From positions 110,859-174,858 of the forward strand of contig CBDAVB010000003.1 of NCBI GenBank assembly GCA_965200795.1: DNA of 64,000 nt, in the 5' to 3' direction. The translations under genes were made by a program, and so were the position numbers. A model generated the notes under the pieces. That model was not told the DNA's origin. It saw nothing but the letters and a program-made list of their open reading frames with translations, and searched no databases. This document shows, piece by piece, positions 20,162 to 32,707 of the stretch. Every line of letters starts with the position of its first letter. The first letter of the stretch is position 1. Origin of the DNA: Parashewanella sp. GTDB lineage: Bacteria > Pseudomonadota > Gammaproteobacteria > Enterobacterales > Shewanellaceae.

Positions 20162-21166
20162 ATGATTGAAGCCGATCGATTAATAACCCCGCGGACAGAG
20201 CCGAAGGAAGAAGCGATAGACCGCGCTATGCGGCCAAAAATGCTGGCGGATTACACCGGTCAGGATGATATCTGTGATCAGCTGCAAGTTTTTATTCAGG
20301 CCGCTAAAAAGCGAAAAGAAGCCCTTGATCATATACTGATTTACGGCCCGCCGGGTTTAGGTAAAACTACCTTAGCCATTATCGCGGCTAATGAGATGGG
20401 CGTAAATATTAAATCAACGTCAGGTCCGGTTTTAGAAAAGGCGGGTGATTTAGCCGCCTTGTTAACTAACCTTGAACAGGGCGATGTGTTGTTTATCGAC
20501 GAGATCCATCGTTTAAGTCCCGTGGTTGAAGAAGTGCTCTATCCGGCGATGGAAGACTACCAGCTTGATATTATGATAGGTGAGGGGCCGGCGGCGCGTT
20601 CGATTAAACTGGATTTGCCGCCGTTTACCCTTGTCGGAGCCACAACCAGAGCGGGGGCTTTAACCTCACCGTTACGCGCCCGTTTTGGTATTCCGCTTCG
20701 TCTGGAGTTTTATAACAACCGGGATCTTGCGACCATCGTAGCGAGAAGCGCGGGTGTTATGGGACTGGATATCGAACCGGAAGGGGCGCTTGAAATCGCC
20801 AAACGTTCCCGCGGCACGCCGCGTATCGCTAACCGTTTATTGCGTCGTGTGCGGGACTACGCCGAAGTGAGGCATGACGGCCGTATCACTCAGTCAACAT
20901 CATCAACAGCGCTGGATTCACTTGATGTTGATAGTGAAGGTTTTGATTACATGGACAGAAAACTGCTGCTGGCCATTATCGAGAAATTTGACGGTGGCCC
21001 GGTCGGATTAGATAACCTTGCCGCCGCAATCGGTGAGGAGCGTGAAACCATCGAAGATGTGTTAGAGCCTTTCTTGATTCAGCAGGGTTTTATCCAGCGT
21101 ACCCACCGCGGACGTATCGCGACTCAGAGAGCCTACCGTCATTTTAATTTTAAAATATCTGAGTGA
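20162..21166 (+). CDS. ruvB: Holliday junction branch migration DNA helicase RuvB
   Basis: 334 aa. It has Walker [10 protein letters not shown], Walker B FIDEIHRL, and [16 protein letters not shown]. Confidence 0.96.
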   Translation: MIEADRLITPRTEPKEEAIDRAMRPKMLADYTGQDDICDQLQVFIQAAKKRKEALDHILIYGPPGLGKTTLAIIAANEMGVNIKSTSGPVLEKAGDLAALLTNLEQGDVLFIDEIHRLSPVVEEVLYPAMEDYQLDIMIGEGPAARSIKLDLPPFTLVGATTRAGALTSPLRARFGIPLRLEFYNNRDLATIVARSAGVMGLDIEPEGALEIAKRSRGTPRIANRLLRRVRDYAEVRHDGRITQSTSSTALDSLDVDSEGFDYMDRKLLLAIIEKFDGGPVGLDNLAAAIGEERETIEDVLEPFLIQQGFIQRTHRGRIATQRAYRHFNFKISE

Positions 21167-21178
21167 TTTTATATTCAC

Positions 21179-21201
21179 AAGCAGCTTTTAAAGCTGCTTT
21201 T
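21179..21201 (+). terminator. rho-independent terminator after ruvB
   Basis: A perfect hairpin AAGCAGCTT-TTA-AAGCTGCTT running into a T tract, 13 bp after the ruvB stop. Confidence 0.6.
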
Positions 21202-21215
21202 AGGCAGAACTGTTA

Positions 21216-21412
21216 GAAACTGTCCCAAACACCTTCCCTGTTTTGCTGTCGTTTATTTTCGGCTTATAAGTCGCGGAAAGCGAGGTGTTGTAGTCATGAC
21301 CGACATACAAACTGTCGTGACTTCGTTCAGAGTGACTGAACTTCATTCTTCGTGCCTTGATATTGGCAATGTTAAGCAGTAACAAATCGGTAAGTTATTT
21401 CGGAACAGTTTC
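21216..21412 (+). mobile_element. MITE-like element, copy C (197 bp, longest copy)
   Basis: The TIRs are GAAACTGTCCCAAACACCTTCCC and GGTAAGTTATTTCGGAACAGTTTC. The interior aligns with copies A (inverted) and B. It was inserted directly after the ruvB terminator. Confidence 0.8.
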
Positions 21413-21672
21413 TAATACTAATCCGCGTTCAAATGTGATCCGCTCAGAGTTATGTTATCGGTCAAAATACAAGTGAAATTGATGAAGGCATAGCGGTTCC
21501 ACGCCGAGACAATTTTGTGATTGAGCTCGGCCGCCGACAAACTCCCCCTTGCTCTGAAGCCTTTAGCGCTTGCTGAGCGATCACTATTGATTGTCGGCCG
21601 GTATAATGCTTAGCGTCAAAAAGTCACTGGTGTGACATTAAATAGCTTTTCATCGCAACTACAAAAACCGGC

Positions 21673-24288
21673 CTACTGCTTAGGCGCCCAATTATTCCAT
21701 TTATCGTTCGCCGATTGATGCAACGTAAAACTCGCGTCATTTCGCAACCGGTTACCGGCATTCGTTTTATCTCTGGTGACGACAGCAATACCGCCAATCA
21801 GAACATTTTCTAATGAACCCGTATCAACCTTAATGCCTGAGAAAAGCCCCGCGTCAACTTTAATCCCTGAACGCTCCCAGAACCGACTTGAGGTGTTCAC
21901 ATATCTAGCGAACTTATTTTCAATGCAGGCTTGGATCTCAACTTTATCGCCGGCCGGAGTTAACTGAAAAGCTTCGACTTTTCCAATCGGAATTCCGCGA
22001 TAAAAGATCCGGGTCGCCGTGGTGACTGAGCCTAACTCCGATTTGGTTAATACCAGGTTTATCGAGTCTTTCGCGACATCGGAAAACGGCTTTTGTTCCA
22101 GCGTGCCTTTAAATACCGAGGTATGTTTTCTGCTCACACCGGGTAAAACGTTAACGTACGGACCGGTTAATAACGTTTCCGGAGCTTTAATACCCGCGAG
22201 CGAAACCTGCGCGTCAACAATTGAGTATCGCGAGTCGCTTCTGGTGAAGTATTCAGCGTAACGGTTTTCTAAATAAGCGGTTGCCGTCAGCGTGTCTAAA
22301 TCCTGATTGAGTTTTACACGGGTCACTTTTCCGACTTCATAGCCTTGATATTTAATGGCTGAATTAGCTTTTAAACCTGATTTAGCGGAAAACGTTATGC
22401 TGATAGGTTTCGCCTGAATGAGCGCAAGCCGCTTTGAGTCAAAAAGCAGGGTGTTCGGCTCAGATAAGGGTTTATCTAAGAGCCCTAAGTTGATGCTGCT
22501 TTTTAACAGTCCCTCCAGCGGAGCGATATCAACTTTAATTCCGGAAAGGCTCGCGTCAACACTGGCGGCTTGATTACGCCAGAAAACACTTCTGTTATTA
22601 AGCAGCTTCTGATACTTATTGTTAATCAGCAGATCAATTTTAAATCGGTCGGCTCGCGCTAACCAGCTGACCGACGCCACCTGCCCGATCCTCATGTTCT
22701 TGTAGAAAACGGCGGCGCCGGTTTCCAGCCCGTAACCACTGGTCGAAGCTAATTGATACTTGACTGAGTTTTCGGCGATAAGCTTTTGCGCGGCGATATC
22801 CTTTGACTTAAACAAACTCATTGTTGTCGAGGGGGCCCGGCTGGATTTGTTACCGACTAACGCTATCGCGCCGCTCAGGGCGCCGGCTAAGTCACCGGTT
22901 TTTACCGAGACCCCGGTTAAGCCGGCATTGATATCAAGAGCCGGTACAGGTACAAAATAATTATCATCATTGATCAGCGACCTGAACTCGGGTGAAATTT
23001 CAGCGTTCATGATCACCTGAGAAAGATCTTTTGTTAACTGAACGTCTTTAATTTCACCAATCTTAATATTGAGGTATTTGATTTGCGAGCCGCTTTTGAA
23101 ACCGTAGTTTTCAGCGCCGCTGATCGTGAATTTGTAGCCCGGCTTTGCGGCGGTCTCAGGAGCGTCGTTGAGCAATTTAAAAGAAGTGTTCACTTTTCCC
23201 TGTCCCGGTAAAAAGTTAATCACTGAACCTGTAATCAAACGAGACGCGTGCCTGATGCCGTCTAAGCCCAAATGCGCGCCTTCAGTCCAAAACTTTGAAC
23301 CAACTGTCAGCAGCTTAGCGTATTTTCTGAAAATTTCAGCTTTAATTTCAACCTGCCTGCCCTTTAATGCGGTATCTGTAACTTTGCCTATCTTCAGGCC
23401 GCGATACTGAATTGAGGCGCCGACACTTACAAAATCCAGAGTATCGGCGGCGAGCGTGATATTTGTTCCGCCGTTTGCTTCGGCCTCAGAATCGAATAAG
23501 GTGTATGTCTCACCCGATCGGGCCGGCTTATCACCTTTCGGTGAGTCAAAGTTGATTCCGCCCGCGATAATAGACGCTAAACTTTCAGCCTGTACTTTCA
23601 CGCCGGAAAGTGAAGCGTGAAATTTTACGCCGGACGCATTCCAGAAACGGCTGTTTTCTTTCACTAAATAGGCGTATTGCTTTTGAATGAAAACACTTAT
23701 AGCTACCAGATCTGATTGGTCAAGTCTGAAACTTACGACATTTCCGACCGGGATCTGACGATAGAAAATATGAGAGCCGATATCTATAGAACCGAGTTTC
23801 TCGGCATATAAAGTTAACAGCATACCCTCACTCGCCGGCATGATCGGCGGCGCTTCCAGGCTGGCCTCAAATTTTAACTTTCTGGCACCGTCACCCGGTT
23901 TAATGGCGATATAATTACCTGAGAATAGGGTATCTAAGCCTTCAATCTTGGTGATACTCGCTTTCGGGCTGACCAGCCAGAATTGCGTGTTTTCGTTTAA
24001 GAAGGGCTCACCGCGGTAGTTCATATTGACAGTAACAACCACGCCTTGCAATGAGTTGTCGATTTCAATGTCAGTAACTTTACCTACATTAACCCCCTGG
24101 TATTTAACGAGGGTTTTACCGATTTCAATACCTGTAGCATTAGGAAAATGAATGGTGATCTCGACACCCGCATCCTTAATTCCTTTGACTAATAACCACA
24201 ATCCCAAAATGAGGGCGACAGCGGGTAAAAGCCATATCGGTGAGAAAAGCTTCTTTTTAACAATCTTAGGTGTTTCGCTTTGAATCAT
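21673..24288 (-). CDS. letB: multi-MCE-domain intermembrane lipid transport protein, LetB (YebT)/PqiB family
   Basis: 871 aa with an N-terminal TM segment (FSPIWLLPAVALILGLWLL). The MCE-type blocks (V.Y.G..VG.V, T.FW, repeated about 7 times) and the length match E. coli LetB (877 aa as I recall) rather than PqiB. The gene overlaps the upstream letA half by 23 bp. Confidence 0.85.
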   Translation of the reverse strand: MIQSETPKIVKKKLFSPIWLLPAVALILGLWLLVKGIKDAGVEITIHFPNATGIEIGKTLVKYQGVNVGKVTDIEIDNSLQGVVVTVNMNYRGEPFLNENTQFWLVSPKASITKIEGLDTLFSGNYIAIKPGDGARKLKFEASLEAPPIMPASEGMLLTLYAEKLGSIDIGSHIFYRQIPVGNVVSFRLDQSDLVAISVFIQKQYAYLVKENSRFWNASGVKFHASLSGVKVQAESLASIIAGGINFDSPKGDKPARSGETYTLFDSEAEANGGTNITLAADTLDFVSVGASIQYRGLKIGKVTDTALKGRQVEIKAEIFRKYAKLLTVGSKFWTEGAHLGLDGIRHASRLITGSVINFLPGQGKVNTSFKLLNDAPETAAKPGYKFTISGAENYGFKSGSQIKYLNIKIGEIKDVQLTKDLSQVIMNAEISPEFRSLINDDNYFVPVPALDINAGLTGVSVKTGDLAGALSGAIALVGNKSSRAPSTTMSLFKSKDIAAQKLIAENSVKYQLASTSGYGLETGAAVFYKNMRIGQVASVSWLARADRFKIDLLINNKYQKLLNNRSVFWRNQAASVDASLSGIKVDIAPLEGLLKSSINLGLLDKPLSEPNTLLFDSKRLALIQAKPISITFSAKSGLKANSAIKYQGYEVGKVTRVKLNQDLDTLTATAYLENRYAEYFTRSDSRYSIVDAQVSLAGIKAPETLLTGPYVNVLPGVSRKHTSVFKGTLEQKPFSDVAKDSINLVLTKSELGSVTTATRIFYRGIPIGKVEAFQLTPAGDKVEIQACIENKFARYVNTSSRFWERSGIKVDAGLFSGIKVDTGSLENVLIGGIAVVTRDKTNAGNRLRNDASFTLHQSANDKWNNWAPKQ

Positions 24289-24907
24289 GTTCCGTTTCCA
24301 GTTTGTCCCACAACAAACGCGTATCCAGCACTTTGGCGGCCAGCTGAGTGAATAAAATTACCAGGGCAAATGGCGTGGCCGCCGGCCCCGCGCGGGCGTC
24401 AAGCAGTTGCCCCATATTCACTAAAGCAACGGTTAAAGAAATCACGCATAGATCCAGCATAGACCAGCGTCCGATCCATTCAATGACATGAAAGCCTTTC
24501 ATAAGAACTCTTTTTGAAAGGGGCAGGTTAAAGCTGATGGCTGAAAGGTAAGTGATTAAGCCTAAAATTTTCAGCCAGGGCACGAGGATACTCGCGATAA
24601 ACAAAATAACGGCGATCGGGAACATGCCGGAATCGATGGTGTGCAGGATCCCTGAAAAAATAGTGTCCTCAGACTCCGCGCCTTGTTTTGTGATAATGCT
24701 GATAGGGTAATAGTTGGCGGGAATCAACATGATTGCGGCGGTAATCAGCAGTGCCCAGGCTTTCTGCAGACTTGAGTGATCACGGTTTCTCAAAGGCGTA
24801 CCGCATCTGTCGCATTCAACAAGTCCGATATCACAAACTTTTTTACAGGTGTGGCAAATGACCAGATTAAGGTCGCGTCCTTGAATGTATTGTCTGGATT
24901 TAGTCAT
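24266..24907 (-). CDS. PqiA/LetA-family membrane protein, C-terminal-half equivalent
   Basis: 213 aa. It has a zinc-ribbon-like CHTCKKVC...CDRCG followed by TM segments. It pairs with the upstream half-size ORF. Confidence 0.8.
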   Translation of the reverse strand: MTKSRQYIQGRDLNLVICHTCKKVCDIGLVECDRCGTPLRNRDHSSLQKAWALLITAAIMLIPANYYPISIITKQGAESEDTIFSGILHTIDSGMFPIAVILFIASILVPWLKILGLITYLSAISFNLPLSKRVLMKGFHVIEWIGRWSMLDLCVISLTVALVNMGQLLDARAGPAATPFALVILFTQLAAKVLDTRLLWDKLETEHDSKRNT

Positions 24908-25535
24908 GCAGCTGACTCCACATATGCTCGATGTCGTATTCGCGCTGCAGGAAAATCATTGCGATAAATAGCATGGCGTAGCAAAAAGAACCGACTCCGA
25001 AGGTAACGTCAGCGAAATCACCGAGATTAAAATACGTCACTAAGATACTGATGACATAGATTTCAGGCATTGAAAATTGGTTTATAAAACCGTGTTGTTT
25101 CAATAAAAGTTTTAATATGTTGCGGTAAACACGATTACGGATCCCGAACTTCAGAATCAGTGTCTGAACTAAAACCGATAAAATAAACAAAAGAGGCGCG
25201 ATAATCGCTGCCGAAATCACAGCGGCTCCGACAACATAGTAACCCTGCTCTATTACGGTTAAAGCGCCATCAAATACAGTGGAAGATCTAATACTGCCTA
25301 AAAAGCGTAATTCTAAAATCGGAAAATAATTAGCGGGTATAAACAAGAGAAGGGCGGTAACGCAAAGCGCTAAGATACCACTGACGGTGCAAAAAGGGGC
25401 GTGATATAGCTCGGTATGACAACGAGGGCACAACGCTCTTACATTTGAGGGTAGTGCCCGCTTAGATACCGCCACATCACAAGAGTGGCAAAGTATAACG
25501 GCCTCATGATCTGTACTGGAGCTTTTTTCCACCAA
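24900..25535 (-). CDS. PqiA/LetA-family membrane protein, N-terminal-half equivalent
   Basis: 211 aa. It has CHSCDVAV...CPRCH followed by TM segments. Its stop overlaps the next start (ATGACTAA, 24900-24907). Confidence 0.8.
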   Translation of the reverse strand: MVEKSSSTDHEAVILCHSCDVAVSKRALPSNVRALCPRCHTELYHAPFCTVSGILALCVTALLLFIPANYFPILELRFLGSIRSSTVFDGALTVIEQGYYVVGAAVISAAIIAPLLFILSVLVQTLILKFGIRNRVYRNILKLLLKQHGFINQFSMPEIYVISILVTYFNLGDFADVTFGVGSFCYAMLFIAMIFLQREYDIEHMWSQLHD

Positions 25536-25797
25536 TTCACATCCGTCCGGGAAAAGTTTTTTATAAATTCTAGCAACTAATCGGATGAAGATCGATTTTT
25601 AAAATAATTTAAAACCTAAATGCGTTTCAATTATATAAAGGAATTACAGATTAAATTTAGTTTATGAACATCCGTCTGCCGGCCGTGATATTGCTCAGTC
25701 TGTTGTTTTTACATTTATTATTCTTAATGATTAATGAAAAGAATCCCGCTGCTGATAAAATTATACTATGTAAGTCAGTCAGGTAAGGAGTTCTTCT

Positions 25798-28247
<2,450 letters not shown>

Positions 28248-28320
28248 TTATTTTTAGCAGGGTATTTAAGATGCAAACCATAATTTTAAAAAAATTATCG
28301 CCGGCTGCTTACCTTTTTGT

Positions 28321-28938
28321 TTATAAATTTTTTAAGTTGTATCTTGCTGCTTCAACGAGTTTTCTACGTCGAAACACTAATTCTCTTCGTTTACCGCCAA
28401 GCTGACGCCACAGAACGGCGCTGCGGATCGCCGCGAGTAAAAAAGCCCGGACCCGCTCCTGGGTTCTGGTCTGGTTGATGATGTCAGGTTTGCCCGCCAC
28501 CATAATTCTCGGGCCTAAATTGCTGATAAGATCGACATAGATATCGGCCAGATTTTTAATCATCCGCTCATCTGTGATATCAAAGTGAACAAGCTGACGA
28601 TCCAGTCGGCTGATACGATCCGCCATTTCTGACATATTGCCTGACTTAACTAACTTACGCTCAAGTGATAATATAGCGACTAAGTAACGGGTGATTTCGA
28701 TGTCTTTGTTACCGGAATCGTCAAGTTGCTGAAAAGTCAGTTTATAACCATTTTCAAGCACTGATTTTTCAGGGTAGACATCTTCAATGTTGCCGGGATT
28801 GGTCACGGTAATGCTATTGAGGCACGCCTTAGCGGCCTCTTTGTCCAATTCGCCGGTGCGAGCCGCTTTCTGTACCAGTGAAAGCGCGTTCAGTATTCCC
28901 GCGAGCGCCATGGCTTTTTGCTGTTGCTGTTGATCCAT
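28321..28938 (-). CDS. hflD: high-frequency-of-lysogenization protein HflD
   Basis: 205 aa, colinear with E. coli HflD (LALAGI..., ITRY...LERKL, IYVD.IS.LGPRI.V.G, AAIRSAVLW.Q.GG). It sits between mnmA and purB, as in E. coli. Confidence 0.88.
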   Translation of the reverse strand: MDQQQQQKAMALAGILNALSLVQKAARTGELDKEAAKACLNSITVTNPGNIEDVYPEKSVLENGYKLTFQQLDDSGNKDIEITRYLVAILSLERKLVKSGNMSEMADRISRLDRQLVHFDITDERMIKNLADIYVDLISNLGPRIMVAGKPDIINQTRTQERVRAFLLAAIRSAVLWRQLGGKRRELVFRRRKLVEAARYNLKNL

Positions 28939-28941
28939 GAG

Positions 28942-30057
28942 CTAGTCCCTAATCAACTCATCGATAATTCCGCCGCCGAGACAAACCTCGCCATCATAAA
29001 AAACGGCGGACTGTCCGGGAGTTACCGCCGCCACAGGCTCATCAAAAATGACGCGAATGGTTTCGTCGTCAACGTAATTGATACAGCAAGCCACGTCAGA
29101 CTGACGGTAACGAGTTTTTACGGTGATTTTTGAGCCGTTCCGCGGACCTTTTCTGTCAACCCAGTGCAGCTGATTTACTTTCATGCCGGATGACATCAGG
29201 CGAGGGTGGTTACCGCCTTGAGCGATAATAAGCACGTTTCGCTTCAGATCCTTATCAACGACGTACCACGGATCATCACTGCTGTTTTTCAGGCCGCCGA
29301 TGCCTAAACCTTTTCGCTGACCTAAAGTGTGGTACATCAGACCCTGGTGTTGAGCGATTACGTCACCATCCGCGGTTTCAATATCGCCGGGTTGAGCGGG
29401 TAGGTAGTTGGCCAGGAAATCAGTAAATTTGCGTTCACCGATAAAGCAGATACCGGTACTGTCTTTTTTCGAAGCGGTGACCAGCCCTTGCTCCTGAGCG
29501 ATCTTTCTTACCTCCGTTTTTTCCAGTTCACCTAACGGGAATAAACTGCGGGCCACTTGCTGATGACTTAAAGTGTATAAGAAATAACTCTGGTCTTTGT
29601 TTCTGTCGGCACCACGTAACATTTGTGTTGTGTCGTCAATATCCCCGCGACGGACATAGTGTCCCATGGCAATGTAATCAGCGTCTAAAATATCATCCGC
29701 GAAGTCTAAAAACGCCTTAAACTTAATTTCTTTGTTGCACATGATATCCGGATTCGGAGTACGTCCCGCCTTGTATTCGGCAAGGAAGTATTCAAATACG
29801 TTGTCCCAGTATTCAGAGGCAAAGTTTACCGTGTGCAGTTTGACTCCTAACTTATCACATACGGCCTGAGCGTCTTTTAAGTCTTCCGCCGCCGCGCAAT
29901 ATTCGTCGGTATCATCCTCTTCCCAGTTTTTCATGAAAAGACCTTCAACCTGGTAACCTTGCTGAAGAAGCAAATAAGCGGAAACAGAAGAGTCCACACC
30001 GCCGGACATGCCGACGATGACTTTTTTATCATGATTCGCGGAATTTTCAGATGTCAT
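28942..30057 (-). CDS. mnmA: tRNA 2-thiouridine(34) synthase
   Basis: 371 aa. It has the PP-loop [15 protein letters not shown] and the blocks [17 protein letters not shown] and [11 protein letters not shown]. Confidence 0.95.
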   Translation of the reverse strand: MTSENSANHDKKVIVGMSGGVDSSVSAYLLLQQGYQVEGLFMKNWEEDDTDEYCAAAEDLKDAQAVCDKLGVKLHTVNFASEYWDNVFEYFLAEYKAGRTPNPDIMCNKEIKFKAFLDFADDILDADYIAMGHYVRRGDIDDTTQMLRGADRNKDQSYFLYTLSHQQVARSLFPLGELEKTEVRKIAQEQGLVTASKKDSTGICFIGERKFTDFLANYLPAQPGDIETADGDVIAQHQGLMYHTLGQRKGLGIGGLKNSSDDPWYVVDKDLKRNVLIIAQGGNHPRLMSSGMKVNQLHWVDRKGPRNGSKITVKTRYRQSDVACCINYVDDETIRVIFDEPVAAVTPGQSAVFYDGEVCLGGGIIDELIRD

Positions 30058-30204
30058 AAATACTTAAAACCAAATTTAGAAACAGTAATGCTGAAAGCAG
30101 ATTCAATATGTCATCCCTGAGGGCAGGTTCGACAAAAAGAAACGCCGAGTTTTAATCGGCGCCGTATTCTATCACGGCTTAACTATTCGGGCTATGAGAC
30201 AAGT

Positions 30205-30675
30205 TTATAAAAGATCGTCAGATAAACATTTTAACGGCGTGCTGTTGCCTGCAAAATAATCTTTAAAAGTTTTTATGATCAACGGGCTTCGCAGCTGGGA
30301 CTCGAGTGCCTGGATCTCGTCAAATGTCATCCAGTGAGCGGCCGCGATTTTGGGGTCTCCGGGTTTGGTCACCGGCGGATCAATAGTCATACCGTACTGG
30401 TTGACGATGCAGTGAAAGGTAAATCTCAGAAACTGTAAGCTTTCAGCGGCTTGGTATTGATCAATGCTGGTGAGAGACAAAGCCTTAGTGGCGATACCTG
30501 TCTCTTCCATAATTTCTCGCTCACAAGCTTTGACTAAACCTTCAAACTCTTCCAGATGTCCCGCGGGCTGGTTATAAACGGTCTGCCCGCCGACAATTTC
30601 TTCAACCATAAGTAATTTGTCATTCCACGCGACAATTCCTGCGACTGTAATATTGGGTTTGAAACGTTCAGTCAT
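30205..30675 (-). CDS. nudJ: NUDIX hydrolase
   Basis: 156 aa with the Nudix box GHLEEFEGLVKACEREIMEETGI. Its position between rluE and mnmA matches nudJ in E. coli. The symbol is assigned by synteny. Confidence 0.7.
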   Translation of the reverse strand: MTERFKPNITVAGIVAWNDKLLMVEEIVGGQTVYNQPAGHLEEFEGLVKACEREIMEETGIATKALSLTSIDQYQAAESLQFLRFTFHCIVNQYGMTIDPPVTKPGDPKIAAAHWMTFDEIQALESQLRSPLIIKTFKDYFAGNSTPLKCLSDDLL

Positions 30676-30691
30676 TGATTTACCTCTGTGC

Positions 30692-31324
30692 TTACAGTGT
30701 TGACGTTAACTCGGCATACCGGCCGGGCTCGATTCGTTTAGCGTTATGATCTAACGTGTATTTCCCTATACTATAGCGTATCAACCTTAACGTAGGGTAA
30801 CCGATGTGTGCGGTCATTCTTCTGACCTGACGGTTTCGGCCTTCGCATACCGAGATTTCTAACCATTGTGTCGGTTTATTTTTACGCTCTCTGATCGGCG
30901 GCACTCTTTCCCAGACCTCGGGCTCACCGATGAATGTGACTTTTGCCGGAAGTGTCATGCCGTCCCTTAACTCAACACCATTTCTGAGTTTATCTAAATC
31001 TGATTCTGCCGGAACACCCTCTACCTGAACCCAGTAAGTTTTGTATGTTTTTTTATTTGGCCGGGTCAGTTCAGCTTGAAGCTTACCGTCGTTAGTCAGT
31101 AATAATAAGCCTTCACTATCACGGTCTAAACGACCGGCGGCATATACACCTTTGACAGGAATGTAATCTCTGAGCGTTTTACGTCCGTCATCATCAGAAA
31201 ACTGGCAGAGCACATCAAAAGGTTTGTTGAACAAAATCAGCTTTCTGTCTTCCGGGGAAATGGTTTTTTTCTGTTGTTTGTTAAATCTTGAGGTGTTGTG
31301 TCTGACAGATGAACGCATAGTCAT
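30692..31324 (-). CDS. rluE: 23S rRNA pseudouridine synthase E
   Basis: 210 aa, RsuA/RluE family ([27 protein letters not shown]). It is divergent from icd, as in E. coli. Confidence 0.85.
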   Translation of the reverse strand: MTMRSSVRHNTSRFNKQQKKTISPEDRKLILFNKPFDVLCQFSDDDGRKTLRDYIPVKGVYAAGRLDRDSEGLLLLTNDGKLQAELTRPNKKTYKTYWVQVEGVPAESDLDKLRNGVELRDGMTLPAKVTFIGEPEVWERVPPIRERKNKPTQWLEISVCEGRNRQVRRMTAHIGYPTLRLIRYSIGKYTLDHNAKRIEPGRYAELTSTL

Positions 31325-31414
31325 ATTCCGCTGGCGTTTTACTCTATTTTTGGGCTCTTCGTCGTTTCATATGGATTTGAGTAGATCTGATACAGGGCTA
31401 GCAATCATAAAAAT

Positions 31415-32707
31415 GTAGTGTTTAGAAATCTGTGTCATTTCGGTAAAATGTCAAAAACAGGAATGACATAATGACTCAAAATTTCGATTTCAATAAAGCT
31501 TTAGAACAACTTCAATCAGGTAAAGGTTTAACTGGTGCGGATGGTGTTCTCACCCCTTTAATCAAACAACTAACAGAAGCAGCGCTTAAAGCAGAACTTG
31601 ATCAACATTTAGACTCAGATCTTGAGCCCAATCGAAGAAATGGTTTTAGTAAAAAAACCGTTAAATCTTCAGTTGGCGAATTTGAGTTAGAAACGCCAAG
31701 AGACAGAGCCGGCAACTTTGAGCCTCAGCTTGTCAAAAAAAATCAAACTAAGCTCTCTGATGAAATTGATCGTAAGATTTTGTCAATGTTTTCAATGGGT
31801 ATGAGTTATCGTGATATCAAATCTCATGTGGCTGATTTGTATGGTTTAGAGCTTTCAGAAGCCAGTTTGACGGCTGTGACCGATCAGCTTATTCCTCAGC
31901 TCAAAGAATGGCAGCAACGCAGTTTAGACGAGGTCTATCCAATTATTTGGCTGGATGCGATTCACTATAAAGTCAAAGACAATGGTCGCTATGTCAGTAA
32001 GGCTATTTACACGATTCTAGGCGTTAATCTCGAAGGTAAGAAAGAGTTACTTGGCCTGTATCTTTCAGAGTCAGAAGGTGCTAATTATTGGCTTTCGGTA
32101 CTGACCGATCTTCATAATCGTGGTGTTAAGGATATCTTAATTGCTTGTGTTGACGGGTTAAACGGTTTTCCTGAAGCTATTGCCAGCATTTACCCGGAGA
32201 CAGAAGTTCAGCTTTGCGTAATTCATCAGGTACGCAACTCAATGAAGTATGTGGCATCTAAGCATCAAAAGGCGTTTATGGCTGATTTAAAGCCGGTTTA
32301 CAGAGCGACAAGTAAATCGGCTGCTGAAACGGCTTTAGATGAGCTGGAAAACAAATGGGGTAGCCAGTATCCAATCGTTATCGACTCTTGGCGCAGAAAG
32401 TGGGAGAACTTGTCCGTTTACTTCAAATATCCAGAATATGTACGTCGAGTGATTTACACGACCAATGCGATTGAAGCCGTACATCGCCAGTTTAGGAAAC
32501 TCACCAAAACAAAAGGGGCATTTCCAAATGAAAACAGCTTGCTAAAATTGCTTTATGCGGGAATATTGAATGCCTCTAAAAAGTGGACAATGCCAGTCCA
32601 AAATTGGAGGCTAGCATTGTCACAATTTGCAATCCATTTTGAAGGCAGATTGGATAACGTATTAGAAATTTAGAATTTAGGCTGACACAGAATTTTGAAC
32701 GCCCTCC
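31415..32707 (+). mobile_element. IS256-family insertion sequence, copy 1 (1293 bp), nested inside the ISL3 element
   Basis: The ends were defined by comparison with copy 2. The left end is GTAGTGTTTAGAAATCTGTGTCA and the right end is ...TGACACAGAATTTTGAACGCCCTCC, an imperfect IR. A perfect 8-bp target duplication ATAAAAAT sits at 31407-31414 and 32708-32715. Confidence 0.92.
31471..32673 (+). CDS. IS256-family (mutator-type) transposase
   Basis: 400 aa with typical IS256/MULE blocks (RDRAGNFEPQLVKK, IWLDAIHYKV, ACVDGLNGFPEAI, IQLCVIH, TNAIE). It is identical in protein sequence to the ORF at 44087-45289. Confidence 0.93.
   Translation: MTQNFDFNKALEQLQSGKGLTGADGVLTPLIKQLTEAALKAELDQHLDSDLEPNRRNGFSKKTVKSSVGEFELETPRDRAGNFEPQLVKKNQTKLSDEIDRKILSMFSMGMSYRDIKSHVADLYGLELSEASLTAVTDQLIPQLKEWQQRSLDEVYPIIWLDAIHYKVKDNGRYVSKAIYTILGVNLEGKKELLGLYLSESEGANYWLSVLTDLHNRGVKDILIACVDGLNGFPEAIASIYPETEVQLCVIHQVRNSMKYVASKHQKAFMADLKPVYRATSKSAAETALDELENKWGSQYPIVIDSWRRKWENLSVYFKYPEYVRRVIYTTNAIEAVHRQFRKLTKTKGAFPNENSLLKLLYAGILNASKKWTMPVQNWRLALSQFAIHFEGRLDNVLEI

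Noticed and set aside
21200-21385. 61-aa ORF
   Set aside because: It lies inside MITE copy C. The equivalent frame is not conserved in copies A and B.
21776-23410. Four plus-strand ORFs (21776, 22019, 22760, 23168) inside letB
   Set aside because: They are antisense to a confidently assigned 871-aa gene. These are typical shadow ORFs.
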